Part shown: positions 1 through 15,672 of the stretch, piece by piece | How the letters are laid out: the number at the start of each line of letters is the position of its first letter | Numbering within the stretch: the stretch's first letter is position 1 | Origin: Antedon mediterranea | Taxonomy: Eukaryota; Animalia; Echinodermata | Reading direction: 5' to 3' | Length of the DNA: 64,000 nt | NCBI RefSeq assembly: GCF_964355755.1 | Contig: NC_092670.1 | Coordinates: 17,842,795 to 17,906,794, forward strand | Notes under the pieces: model-generated | Databases searched by the model: none | The model's input: the letters and a program-made list of their open reading frames with translations, nothing else | Told to the model about the DNA's origin: nothing | Translations under genes and position numbers: made by a program

Positions 1-927
1 TGTACAACTCCCTGGACTGGTGTAGCCCTGTCTGTTGTGTGTGAATCCTGTTGTGTGCCGGTGGTGGTATGTAGGCCTACCTTATTGGTGTTTTATTTGG
101 CAGGTCATACGTGCGAGTTGAGTAGGACCTACGAAGGAGGCCTAGGCTAAGGACTAAACAATTAATAAACAAAACAACTTGGCAACACGATTTCATATTT
201 CAACAGTCTCGATCGTACATTCAGCACTGTACGTACTCGATCTTTTTCATTTTGAAACAAAATGATCATTGGTTGATTCGAAATCCGTATTTACATACCG
301 CCCGCCCCATATAGCCAAATACGGTATGATAACCTACGTCATTCTTATTGGATGTTTGCGGTCTGCAAATCGATTTCTATACGTGTTTCACAAGTCTGTA
401 TTTTCAGACAAAAATCGCGGTCGAAATAAAAACAAATAAATAAAAATAAAAAACAATACAGACTTGGGGCAAGTCTAATGTTCAGATAACTGTTTCTTTT
501 TATTGTCTTGACTCCAAATTAAATTTTATTTCCTTTGTGTGCGCACTTTTTTTCCATAAACTTAAAGATTAGAAGAAAAAGAAGTTTTTACAGAACAAAA
601 TATTATTTCCGTGCCGGAACAGGTGTGAAAAAAATAATTAATTAGGCAATTCTCACTTCAATCAACAAGAAGCCTGCGCATAGTAGACCGATATCGCCAA
701 CCCCCTGAAAACATATTTTTAAATTTTTTGTTGATTGTCTTTTATGCAGAATAGTTCACGACCAATAATTGACCAATAACAAAATTATTTACCTGAAAAA
801 AATTTAATTTATAAAGCAAAAAGAGCTTCCAGCCAATTGTTTTTGTTTAATTTAACCGTTTATTTTGTCATTTTTATATGATATAAAAGTATAATTAAGT
901 AACATTTTCTTTTCCTACGGCAGAGGT

Positions 928-976
928 GCCTAGTTTTAACAAGAGTCACCTGAGGTGACTCTTGTTAAAACTAGGC
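928..976. repeat. perfect palindrome (24-bp arms, 1-nt spacer)
   Basis: GCCTAGTTTTAACAAGAGTCACCT-G-AGGTGACTCTTGTTAAAACTAGGC, read directly. Confidence 0.95.
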
Positions 977-1554
977 CTCTGGCCTAATTTATTTCTTCAC
1001 GTTTCATGTTTTTATGGGACAATATATATTGTCACATAATATTCACTTTGACCATAAATTGGATAGAAAAAAAAAGGCAAATTTATTCAATCAGTGACTC
1101 AACAGGTCCACCCATGGTTATTTCTGTTTTTCTCTTTTTATCAAAGTGAATGTTTTGGGGTTTTTTTTCTACGGAAGTAATCTTATTTAAACTGCAAAAT
1201 TGCTTATTTTACGTCTGATTCTTTAATCCTAATTGGATGTGGATGAGAGAGGGACATGTATGCATCTTTTCATTTCACATTTTAGGCCACCCCACCCGCA
1301 CACGGTGAAGCTTTTTGTGTTTATACGATTGAACTTTTGACGACACTTCCATTTTTACTCACAATTAATACATTATTTGAAATAATATAACAATATTTTA
1401 AAGAACCGTTTTAAATATAAATCATTGATGGCAAGATCGCACATTTAACAAGTCACGTAAAGTTTTCTCTACAGTACACGTACTATTTAGATTATGAACT
1501 AATTTTAATGGTTTTGGGAGTTTTGGTATGTACTTTATACTTCTACTGTATAGT

Positions 1555-1794
1555 TGTCACGTGGTTGGGGTATTGATATTGACGAATGGTTGTATCCCAA
1601 TTGCAAATGGACGCGTGGCACGTGAACCAATCCAACTCATCAATCGCCGGCGCCCTCCTACACACGATCGCCATTTTCTGTGCAAAGAAAGAAAGAGGAA
1701 GTGATATCTGCCAAATTTATTTAGCGATTGTGTGCCTGGCCTTGTCGTACCGGGTTTTGTTTTTGAAATTTACCAAATTATCAATCATTTGACG
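1555..1794 (+). promoter_or_regulatory. ARF1 core promoter and probable non-coding exon 1
   Basis: Two CACGTG E-boxes (~1558, ~1619), CCAAT (~1627), YY1-type CGCCATTTT (~1669), CpG-rich; putative donor GT at 1795 would splice to the AG at 2626-2627 just before the ATG. Confidence 0.55.
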
Positions 1795-2579
1795 GTAAAA
1801 TATTAAGTTTAACTATCTTAGTAGGTATTATAATAAGTAGAAAATTAATTTCCAATCACTATTTTTAACCGGTGGGTGTTATAATTGCAGTGAAAAATAG
1901 AACGCTGCCCCGAAAGCAGTGATGATGATGGGTGGTGCAGGCTAGCCAGGCTAGGCCTAGTTAGTTAGTAGGCAGACGCGGGCAGTGGTGTTGGGTAAGG
2001 CGGGTTTGGATTTTGCGGTAAGATAGTGGGCGGTGAATAAATGGGCCGTTTCTGGTCCTAAGTAGGCCTAGCCTATGCCTCAACAACCTGAAGCTTATTC
2101 ATATTTTAGCCATGCTGACGTACATACAGTGAAATAATATAGATTTTGTCTAGCTAGGCCGCCCTAGTAACTTCTCTTGTTAATGTTATAGTTATGATGG
2201 AACTTGTATTGTTTGTACTGTTTTAGGCATAACCAGACCCTAGCTAAATTGCTTCTGCTATGTGCACCAACCAGTTAATTAACTTGTTTGTGGTCAAAAC
2301 CATTTTATTAATTATGTTGAGTATTTTAGATTTATAAAAAAAAAAGAAAAATAAAATGCATGCCAGCAATAACATCATGTCTAATGTTATTTAATGTTTA
2401 ATTAATTGTTTTTTATGAAATTTCTTTATTAAAAAACTGCTGAATAATAATTTACAGTTGAATACAATATGATTACAGTAACAAAATCCCATGGATGATC
2501 AAAATGACCAAAGCAATAATAATATACAATAACTCAATAAATTTGCTATTTAAGCCTTTTGTAAGATTTTTCAAATTGA

Positions 2580-6862
<4,283 letters not shown>

Positions 6863-9076
6863 GCACCAATCAAGAACTATTAACACTTAATGTAAATGAT
6901 AATGTTGTATAAATAAGCTATCGGAGCAGTCTTGTTTTAATACATTTATTCCAACTGTATTGAATTGTATGTTTTCTTTAAAGAAGCATAACTGAGAAAT
7001 TGTAACTGCAGATACAGCATTCCTATTATAAAAACACATGGAATTGTTTAGATGGTTAGGACCGAACGTTTTGTTTTTAAATTCTTTTTTTATATGTAAT
7101 ATTTCCAGACTTCCTTTCGAGTTAGCTTCCATTTACAAAATGGTTACAAAAGGTTTACAAAATTCTGGTGTGAAAGCACCACTGATATCATACGTGAGGA
7201 TGTAAACCATTGAATATAAGGTGTATAGTTGTTATTGAAATGCAGTAATCTGAAATCAACCAATGAAACTCTTGCTTTTGAGGATGTCATCCTTGCTATA
7301 AATGTAATAATTGTTTTGAAATTGACATGGTTAGAAAAAACAGCAGCAAGGGGTTCAAATATGTTGTGTTCTGTATTTATGATAGAAATGTGTTTTGATG
7401 AAGTGAAGATCTTTTTAGGATCGTTTGTTGATCTACTGTATATCAATTTGGGTTACCTACTGTAAGAAAGGAGTTTAAAGAATTAATAAACCCCTCACTC
7501 TAAGCCATTTATTATTTGCGACAGTGTATTGTCTGCAGAAATGTTAAGGCTCACGCATTGTTTTAGCGACTAGTAAATATTCCTAGCCTATAAGATGAAA
7601 ATACTCCCAGATATTTCTTCATTGTATACAATTGAAACGTTTACTAGTTTACAATAATAGTTGATGTCTATTTGTACAGTGTCCCAATAGTATCTAACCA
7701 TCATGCAAATATTCATATTTATATTGCTGTTTAAAATACAAAAATATGGTGTTTCTAATTTTGGGATTTTTTTTTTTCATTCATGCAAATTACTTGCGCA
7801 AACCTTTTCAAGATATTTGACAATTGTTAATGTTATGTGTATTGGTATAAATGACATTTTATTTGGTGATGTATCTTCTAAATTATGTGTTTTGAGATAT
7901 AAAATCAAGATTTATTCCAATTCCTGTTTAATTTTTTTAATTATATTATATTCTAAATAAATAATACAAATAACATTAGTTTGTGTTATTACATACAGAA
8001 ATAAGTATAGTACTTATTTATCCATGGTTGTAATAAGCAAAACTATAATATTGTAATTATTTTTTAAGTTTCATATTAAATTTAATCAGAAAAAAAACAG
8101 AGGTGGGAGAGGGGATGGTGTAACCATTTTATTGTTTAATGTAGAATAAAACCGATGATTTTTTCCCCATTCTCTTTTGTATAATAAATTTATGTGTGGT
8201 ATAATATGTTAAACTTTGTTAATGCTGAACCTCCCACATGTCAAGTAAAACTGTGTAGAAAAGTACTATTATCTTGTGTGTTTCTTAATTGCATTATTTT
8301 AACCTATTTATTGGTGATGTGTTGTGGGGTGATGTTCGTTAGGGGTATGGATCCAGACTAAGGGCATATCAACTACCCTTCTGATTTAATATACCCTGAA
8401 AGAAATTACATGACTGATCCAATGGGATTGCACATGAAGCGCATTCGCCCGCCTTTTGAAGCTAATAAACTGAAATTATGAACTTCTTTTTGATATTTTA
8501 TGTTGGAAAAATACTGGATCTGCCATGTATGCTGGCTGCAGTGATAAGCAGGTTTTTTTCAAGAAAGTGAAAATAGGACTGTGTATAAACACTTCATGTT
8601 TCATTGTTTGTAAATTCACGACTAAAGATAGAAATCATGTGATGTACTAGAATCTATCAAACAAACGATACAGTTTCTTTCTCTGTGAAGTTCATCCGTA
8701 TTATTTCCTGTATGACTGTTTTGCAGATTTTCGCCATGAGAATAACAATGATGTTAAATAGAATATAATTTGAAATGTTTAGCTTCAGTGGAAGATTCTG
8801 GCTGTACCTGTGGGTTATTTTTGCTTTCTTTGCCACAATGAAATTGAGAAGCTCAAAAGTAACAGAACTACATACATGACGTGTACCGTAAACTTGAATG
8901 TAAATATATTTTTTACTGTAATTTTTTATTCTGCATGGATAAAATAAGTAGGTTATTGTATCCATGATCTGTCTCTGGTAACAACGTGTTACATAATTAT
9001 ACATGCGCCCTCTGGATGATGGTGGTAGAAAAAACAAAAAAGTAGAGAGGGTTGGTTTGTTTGTTGTTTCTCTCCT

Positions 9077-9923
9077 CATGGTCAAAGAATATATATAACA
9101 AGAATGAGTAATCCGCGATTTTCCCTGTAACAGTAATATTGTCCATGTGGTAGGGCGCCGCCATAAGTGTGGATGTATCTGGGATGTATACAACTTTTTG
9201 TGACGGTTTCAATAATCAAAGGCTAGACCACCGGTAGTATTTTCATGATAAAAAATGTTATCAACTACATGCCAACATCATGTTAAATACTATTTGGATA
9301 TTTAATTGTTCGTTTTATGCAATTTATTTAGTAAAAACTGCCGTATAAACAGTTTGCTTTATCAACCGGGCGCTACGATAGCGTGACCGGGCATGTTGGT
9401 GTTTACGCGTTTTCACGTAGGATAGTTTAATAATATTCCTATATTTAACCTGTTTCTGGTAAAACAAATAAATGTTAATGACATTTAACATTTTGTCCTA
9501 TTAATAACATGTATTTTATACTAATTTATATCATAAAAACAATACTTAATTTACCGGGCGTAGAGTAGTACACGGCAATGGTAAAGAATAGGCCGTGCTG
9601 AGTAACGATTCGTGATTTTTGGTGTTGCTGTGTTAGGCCTTTTTTGTGAACTAACTTAGCATTTTAGTAAATAATTGTCTGTAAAAGTGAATGTACACTA
9701 GTTTGTTAATAAATATGTATTATAAAATAGTTTACAATTGCAAAAACTATTATCATAATTCTATTTAATGTGACATGTATAATATCTATTAAATCAAGTC
9801 TTATTTAGTATGTATACATCCGCCCTTATGAGGGCGGGCATCACTCACTGGAGCTCTCTGTTACAAATTTCTAATGCACAAATCGCGGAATACTCATTCT
9901 TGTGATATATATTCTTTGTCATG
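9077..9923. mobile_element. non-autonomous TIR element (~850 bp)
   Basis: CATGGTCAAAGAATATATATAACAAGAATGAGTAATCCGCGATTT matches the reverse complement of the right end (AAATCGCGGAATACTCATTCTTGTGATATATATTCTTTGTCATG); no TSD recognised. Confidence 0.7.
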
Positions 9924-9985
9924 GTTAGAAGAAAACATTTGCACGTGTGTTTTTAAAAGGCCAACTCTTAGGCCTAGATATAAAT

Positions 9986-12900
9986 ATGTCGAATGTGGAT
10001 AAATGCCCATATCCCTCTGTAATAGAACGTTATTTTAGACGAGGTTTTAAACTAGGTAAGCAAAGTGATAAATAATGTATGCCTCTAGCTAAACTAAGCT
10101 AGGCCGGCCCCCTAGTGTTATTATTTATTACTTGTACTCTCGGGCTGGTGTGGTGGTGGTGACCATCTTCATCTTAATCTAGGCCTATAAGTAGTAGTAG
10201 TAGTCTAGGCCTAGCTAGCATCCAGTTAGGCTAGTAAGTAGTGAAACTAGGCCTACTTACTACTGCTATTAATTATAATATAAAGGCTAGGCCTAGAGTG
10301 TAACATACAATTTATTTTTACAAAAGATGCCTTCATATAATTAAAAAATAATGTATCAGATATATATATATTAAAATTATTTGTTTGTTTTTTTAAATTA
10401 TACTAAACTATAAGTTCTAGCTAGTCGGCTATATATCAGCCCCGTACTTTTTATGTTTTTTTTGTAACAACAAAGCTTTGATCTCAGATCTGTCTTCTGA
10501 TTGCTTTACTGTTTTATTTATTTTTATTGCTGACACCAAATAAAGTAACTGATACTTTTGCGCTCTCAAAGACATTAGTAGTGAATGATGGATGGCAAAA
10601 TGTAGCACAAATTCCAGCACACTTCATGTTTTGGATCTAGCTGTAGAACCTTCGTTGTTACCATGAAATTGATGAATGGACCACAAAACACAAATCATTT
10701 TTTTTCACAGTAATTCAACTTATGCAAATATAAAGATGTGAATATGTCTCGCTAGGACCCAGAAAAGAGAGAAATTTATTTTTTATTAACAGACGTAATA
10801 ATACGGATGTTAATTAAAATATTAAGCCGATTTTCCATTAGGCGAATTTGTTCGCGCGAGTCCAACGTTTCAAAGAGAAAAAAATCGCCTACTCTCTTTC
10901 CACTACATAAGCGAATAGCTGCGACGTTCATGTTCCTCGCGTGGTTGCTGAGCATTTCGATTCGCACGAGTGCTCATGAAAGCGTCATAGCTCATTTCCT
11001 GAGCTCTGATTGGTTGCGCAATATTTCGCTTCGCAAAAAGTAGAAACAATTGGAATTAGTAAATTTCGCTGAAGCAAAAAATCAAAGGAACAAGAATTCG
11101 TCGCAGAAGGGAGTATGACAGACAGAAACTTGAATTAGCATGCGCATAGCATGACGCTTTCAATTCGCGCGAACAAATTCGCCTAGTGGAAAATCGGCTT
11201 TAGAATTGAGTAAAAGAACATATGAACCATTAAAAGATCACAGTAAGGTCACAACTTGGAAAACTATGTATCATGTCAAACAATAATATTTAGACTTAAG
11301 TTTAAAGGTTAAGTAGGGAATTGGTTTCTTCCAATGACACTCATCCAATCAATGTGATAATAATACCACCTGTATATTGCATGTCACCGTATTTATTTTT
11401 CAGATATGAAAGGTCCTGAAGAAGATTTTTGTATACTGAAGCATTCAAATAGGTATAATTAATTTATCAATAAATATTTAAATTTAGTTTTTAAAATGGT
11501 TTTTGTTTACATAATGTACTGTACTAATATACCTTCATCTCCCAATAAGCAAACATCTCAGACAATTTGGGTGTCGAGAAAACTAAGATATAGAAGTAAT
11601 ACTAGGTTTTCTAGATCTAGGAAACTAAGATATTTTCATGATAAGATTGTAGTACCAATTGTATCACAGGGGTAAGATATTTTAAGTGTAAGATTTAAAT
11701 TCAGCAAATGGAATTTGTCATTCCATACCATTCTATACATACCTGCAAACAATGGGAAGTTAAAAATAAATCTGTACTCACAAAAAACCTTTGCATCTCC
11801 CAGTAGTGTACACCAAAATAAATAGACCATCAGAAGAACATATTCATGCATATTGCAATTGTTTTTAAAAAACACTTTGATTGATTTTGCTTTTTCTCAT
11901 TAGAGTATGTCTTCTAACACTTGCACCCAGCCACCCAATTGTAAAAAATACAAAAACAGTTAAAAACGTTGATTTTCAAGTATCGTCAAAAATGAATCGT
12001 TTAGACAATAAAGTATCCGGCAAGTCAAAAAAAGTAAGTTCAAACATTTCATTTTTCAGTTTTGTTAAATATTATTCTTGCCTGTGCCCACCATTTGTTT
12101 TCTTTTTAGCTGTATGTTAATATAATAATAATATCCTGGATTTATTTAGCGCCTAATATTGTGAAACCTCTCTCATTATTACCCCAGTCATTTTTTTTGG
12201 ATCAAACCTGTATGGAAACATACTCCCATAATGCAGCTAGTAATCAGCGCAAAGTTGTGTCTTGATCTAACCGGGTTCCCATTTATACACTTGGGTGGAG
12301 AGAGGCATACGTAAGTAAAGTATCTTGCCTAAGGATACAAGCAATGCGGAGAGAATTGGATTTGAATCTCGATCTCACGATCAGTAAGGGTTAGGGTTAT
12401 GAAGGAACCCTAACCCCAAACGCCCATATGTTACCAGCTTTCGCCCACTCTACATTCCCTGTGGTCTATCCAACCTTTTCAATATTACCACCAGTGTACA
12501 CCCCCACACTACCCTCATGTATAGGTTTACTGATTGGTACTCTAGTTCCAAAATGTTCTGTCTGGACGCTGTTTATCTATGAACTTAATTGTGACATGGC
12601 TTTTGGCATGTTTTCTGTGACCTCTAAGACCTCTTTATATTCAATGATTTAACATCAATAAATTTAACATATGAATTGTTTTTATAGGCAGAAGGATGTT
12701 TTACTTTTGTTATGAACTTGATAAACATACTTTCGTCTAATGTTCTCATGTTTTCTTCCTTTTTAACAACTTGTAGTCCATACTGGTTATTTTCTAAGAA
12801 TTTTAAGAAGAGTTTTAAGAATTCACATTTTATTGAATACTGTGTCAATGACTTAACCCAACATCAGCGTTATGTTGTGTTCCTTCCTGTAATATACCAT

Positions 12901-14497
12901 TTCTATGTTTTTGTTGCAGGTGGGTCAATGTCTTAACCCAACAACAGCGTTATGTTGTGTCACTTCCTGTAATACCATTTCTATGTTTTTATTGCAGGGT
13001 GGGGAATGGCTTTAACCCAACATCAGTGTTATGTTGCGTCACTTCCTGTAATACCATTTCTATGTTTTTTTTTTGTTGCAGGGGGTGGGGGGTGGCTAAT
13101 ACCCTAACCTAACATCAGCGTTTTGTTGTTTCCCTTCCTGTAATACCATTTCTATGTTTTTTGTTGTTGCAGGGGGGGGGGGTGGCTAATACCCTAACCT
13201 AACATCAGCGTTATGTTGTTTCCCTTCCTGTAATACCATTTCTATGTTTTTTGTTGTTGCAGGGGGTGGGGGGTGGCTAATACCCTAACCTAACATCAGC
13301 GTTTTGTTGTTTCCCTTCCTGTAATACCATTTCTATGTTTTTTGTTGTTGCAGGGGGTGGGGGGTGGCTAATACCCTAACCTAACATCAGCGTTTTGTTG
13401 TTTCCCTTTCTGTAATATACCATTTCTATGTTTTTGTTGCAGGTGGGTCAGTGGCTTAACCTAACATCAGCGTTATGTTGTTTCCCTTCCTGTAATATAC
13501 CATTTCTATGTTTTTGTTGCAGGGGGGTCAATGGCTTACCTAACTTCAGCGTTATGTTGTGTCCGTTCATGTAATACCATTTCTATGTTTTTGTTGCAGG
13601 GGGGTCAATGGCTTAACCCAACATCAGCGTTATGTTGTTTCCCTTCCTGTAATATACCATTTCTATGTTTTTGTTGCAGGGGGGTCAATGGCTTAACCTA
13701 ACTTCAGCGTTATGTTGTGTCCGTTCATGTAATACCATTTCTATGTTTTTGTTGCAGGGGGGTCAATGGCTTAACCCAACATCAGCATTATGTTGCGTCA
13801 CTTGTGATGACGATTCAAACTATACAATGTATAGCTGTATACGAGGAAAGCTAGCAGAGGTCAATGAGAAACTACTCAAAACACCAAATCTTCTCAAAGA
13901 AAAGGTACAATTATATGAGGATTTGTATTTTACTGTCTTATTTATAATTCTCGCATTCTTAGCATTGTCACTATCTTAAAATTGTTACATTCTTAGCATT
14001 GTCACTTTTTTAGCATTGTCTTAGCGTTATTTTCACTGTCTTAGAATTCTCACATTCTGAGCATTATCACTATCTTAAAATTGTCACATTCTTAGCATTG
14101 TCAATTTTTTAGCATTGTCTTAGCATTATCACTGCCTTAGAATTATTAACAAAATGGTCACAGTCTTAGCCTTGTCACTGTATTAATATTGCCTTTAGTG
14201 TTGTCACTGTATTATAATAGCACATATTTCCCCTTTTTTTAGTATGACAAGGATGGTTACATTGCTATAATTCTACCAAAGATCTATGAGACAGATGAAC
14301 AAATGAAAAGTTTATTAACAGAAGAACAATATAATGAGGCCATTGTGAGTAGAGGACTGAGGACGGCCGAGGACATGCCAGTTGAACAGAAGGGAGGTAC
14401 AGAGAAGCAATTAAATGAAGCTCTTGGAAACAGGACACTGTCTGTTGAGAACACTACAGTTGAACAGAGTGGAGATACTGATCATGTTAATACATGA
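9986..14497 (+). CDS. ABITRAM: Abitram (FAM206A/Simiate), 216 aa
   Basis: Exons 9986-10055, 11404-11452, 11904-12033, 13758-13904, 14243-14497, GT-AG and in frame. [51 protein letters not shown] match family motifs. Confidence 0.9.
10825..11199. mobile_element. PIF/Harbinger-like MITE
   Basis: ~35-bp TIRs AGCCGATTTTCCA(T/C)TAGGCGAATTTGTTCGCGCGA, with TTA on both flanks. Confidence 0.85.
12122..12388 (-). mobile_element. CORE-type tRNA-derived SINE
   Basis: Minus strand has a degenerate B-box, a CCTTAGGCAAG...CTCTCTCCACCCAAGTGTATAAATGGG core and a TAGGCGCTAAATAAATCCA(TAT)n tail; a matching tail fragment lies at ~59620-59730 (+). Confidence 0.6.
12843..13803 (+). repeat. ~77-91 bp minisatellite spanning the ABITRAM intron 3/exon 4 boundary
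   Basis: 11 copies of the T-rich ...TTGCAG acceptor, each followed by a copy of the exon 4 start; the last copy continues into the unique exon. Confidence 0.95.
13950..14215. repeat. degenerate tandem repeat (TTAGCATTGTCACT core) in ABITRAM intron 4
   Basis: Repeated ATTCTTAGCATTGTCAC-like units read directly. Confidence 0.8.
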
Positions 14498-14882
14498 CAC
14501 TGTAATCATTGATATAGAGGTGGTAATGGTTTATACAGGCAATGCATATTTATGACGTAACGAACCAGTTATATCACGCATATTTTATATACCGTACTAT
14601 GATTGGTAGAAGAAGTTCAGTTGAGCATTCCAATATAATTTGTGCATTTTATATAAGTGTAATCGCTGAACGATAAGAGTAACACTATTAAAATGTAAAT
14701 ATTGACATTGATGTGTTTTATTAAGACATCTTTTTTATGCTCTGTTTGTTTACTCAATAATGTAAAAAATATGTAGTATAAAAACTCAACACACAAAATA
14801 TTCTTGAAATTGATTTTATTAGTTAAAATAAATGGCAATTAAACATTAGAGGCAATTAAACATTAGAGGCAGTTAATCATAA

Positions 14883-15046
14883 AGCTGGCTTCCCACTTGG
14901 ACGTCACGCGATGACATGCATGCGCCCAAGAATTCAAATAAGTTGACTAATCACAAGCGAGACAATACTGAATAATCCATCACGTGGTAATTGGTCAATT
15001 GTATTGGGCTTAAGTCCTTGCTTTGCGTCCTAGTGGGAACCAAGCT
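14883..15046. mobile_element. Harbinger-like MITE family (AGCTTGGTTCCCACTAG TIR)
   Basis: TIRs plus internal TTGACCAATCACAAGCGA inverted motif; related copies at ~16315-16455, ~19785-19965, ~20229-20376, ~24160-24279, ~28374-28509, 29120-29367. Confidence 0.75.
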
Positions 15047-15254
15047 TTTAAAAGAGGTAAGTTTTTAGGTATTGTACAGTATATGCAAAGGTAATTGGTA
15101 TATTTATATAAATTTTATTTATTTCTACAAGTTTTTCTAATCTGACTTTCTACTTGTCATCGTTAAAGTCGTTAAAACTATATGTTATGGTCTATCATTC
15201 GGAAAAAAACATTATATTTGCTGTACACAATGGGAATACTGCAGTAAAGCTGTA

Positions 15255-15617
15255 TTATGCGCAACCGCATTCCTCAACAATGAGACCATGTATTTGGGCT
15301 GGAACAATTTCGGAATTTTCCGTAAAGTACAAAAGTCTAAGGTCGGCATATTTACGCGCCGAACAGCAAGGAATGGGACTGTTGTTCAAAATCAATAATT
15401 GTGTGTGTCGGTTAAAACGTGAAAAGCTGACAGAACAATCGCCACTACAATAATGTGTTTTAAAGGAGCGAGGTGCTAATATCCAATCCCAGCCGATTTC
15501 TGCAAAGTCGATAACGATTGGATGACGACAACATGGCTTCCTTCCAACGTCTGGACATATTCGTTTTGGTGTTGGTCGCACTTTACGTTTTCGTAGGGCA
15601 ATATCTAGAAGTGGTCT
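15255..15617 (-). CDS. TGF-beta gene A, alternative terminal exon 3b (second mature ligand)
   Basis: Acceptor TTTATATAG|AGA in phase 0, compatible with the exon 2 donor at 17079. Encodes RPLLDI, a basic cleavage region (RKRKVRPTPKR) and a complete 9-Cys cystine knot ending CGCA-stop; 446-aa precursor. Confidence 0.8.
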   Translation of the reverse strand, partial: RPLLDIALRKRKVRPTPKRICPDVGRKPCCRHPIVIDFAEIGWDWILAPRSFKTHYCSGDCSVSFSRFNRHTQLLILNNSPIPCCSARKYADLRLLYFTENSEIVPAQIHGLIVEECGCA

Positions 15618-15672
15618 CTATATAAACAGATACAGAAATTTTTAACATTCATGTACAGTATTTAAATTTTAA

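Noticed and set aside
1-350. First exon of a divergent minus-strand gene
   Set aside because: A GC box, CCAAT motifs and a possible donor near 80 are suggestive, but no coding sequence lies in the window.
8657-9212. 178-aa and 71-aa minus-strand ORFs
   Set aside because: No recognisable domain; they overlap a transposon end.
12386-12418. Head-to-head telomere-like repeats (chromosome fusion scar)
   Set aside because: Only about two units per side; such motifs are common in interspersed repeats.
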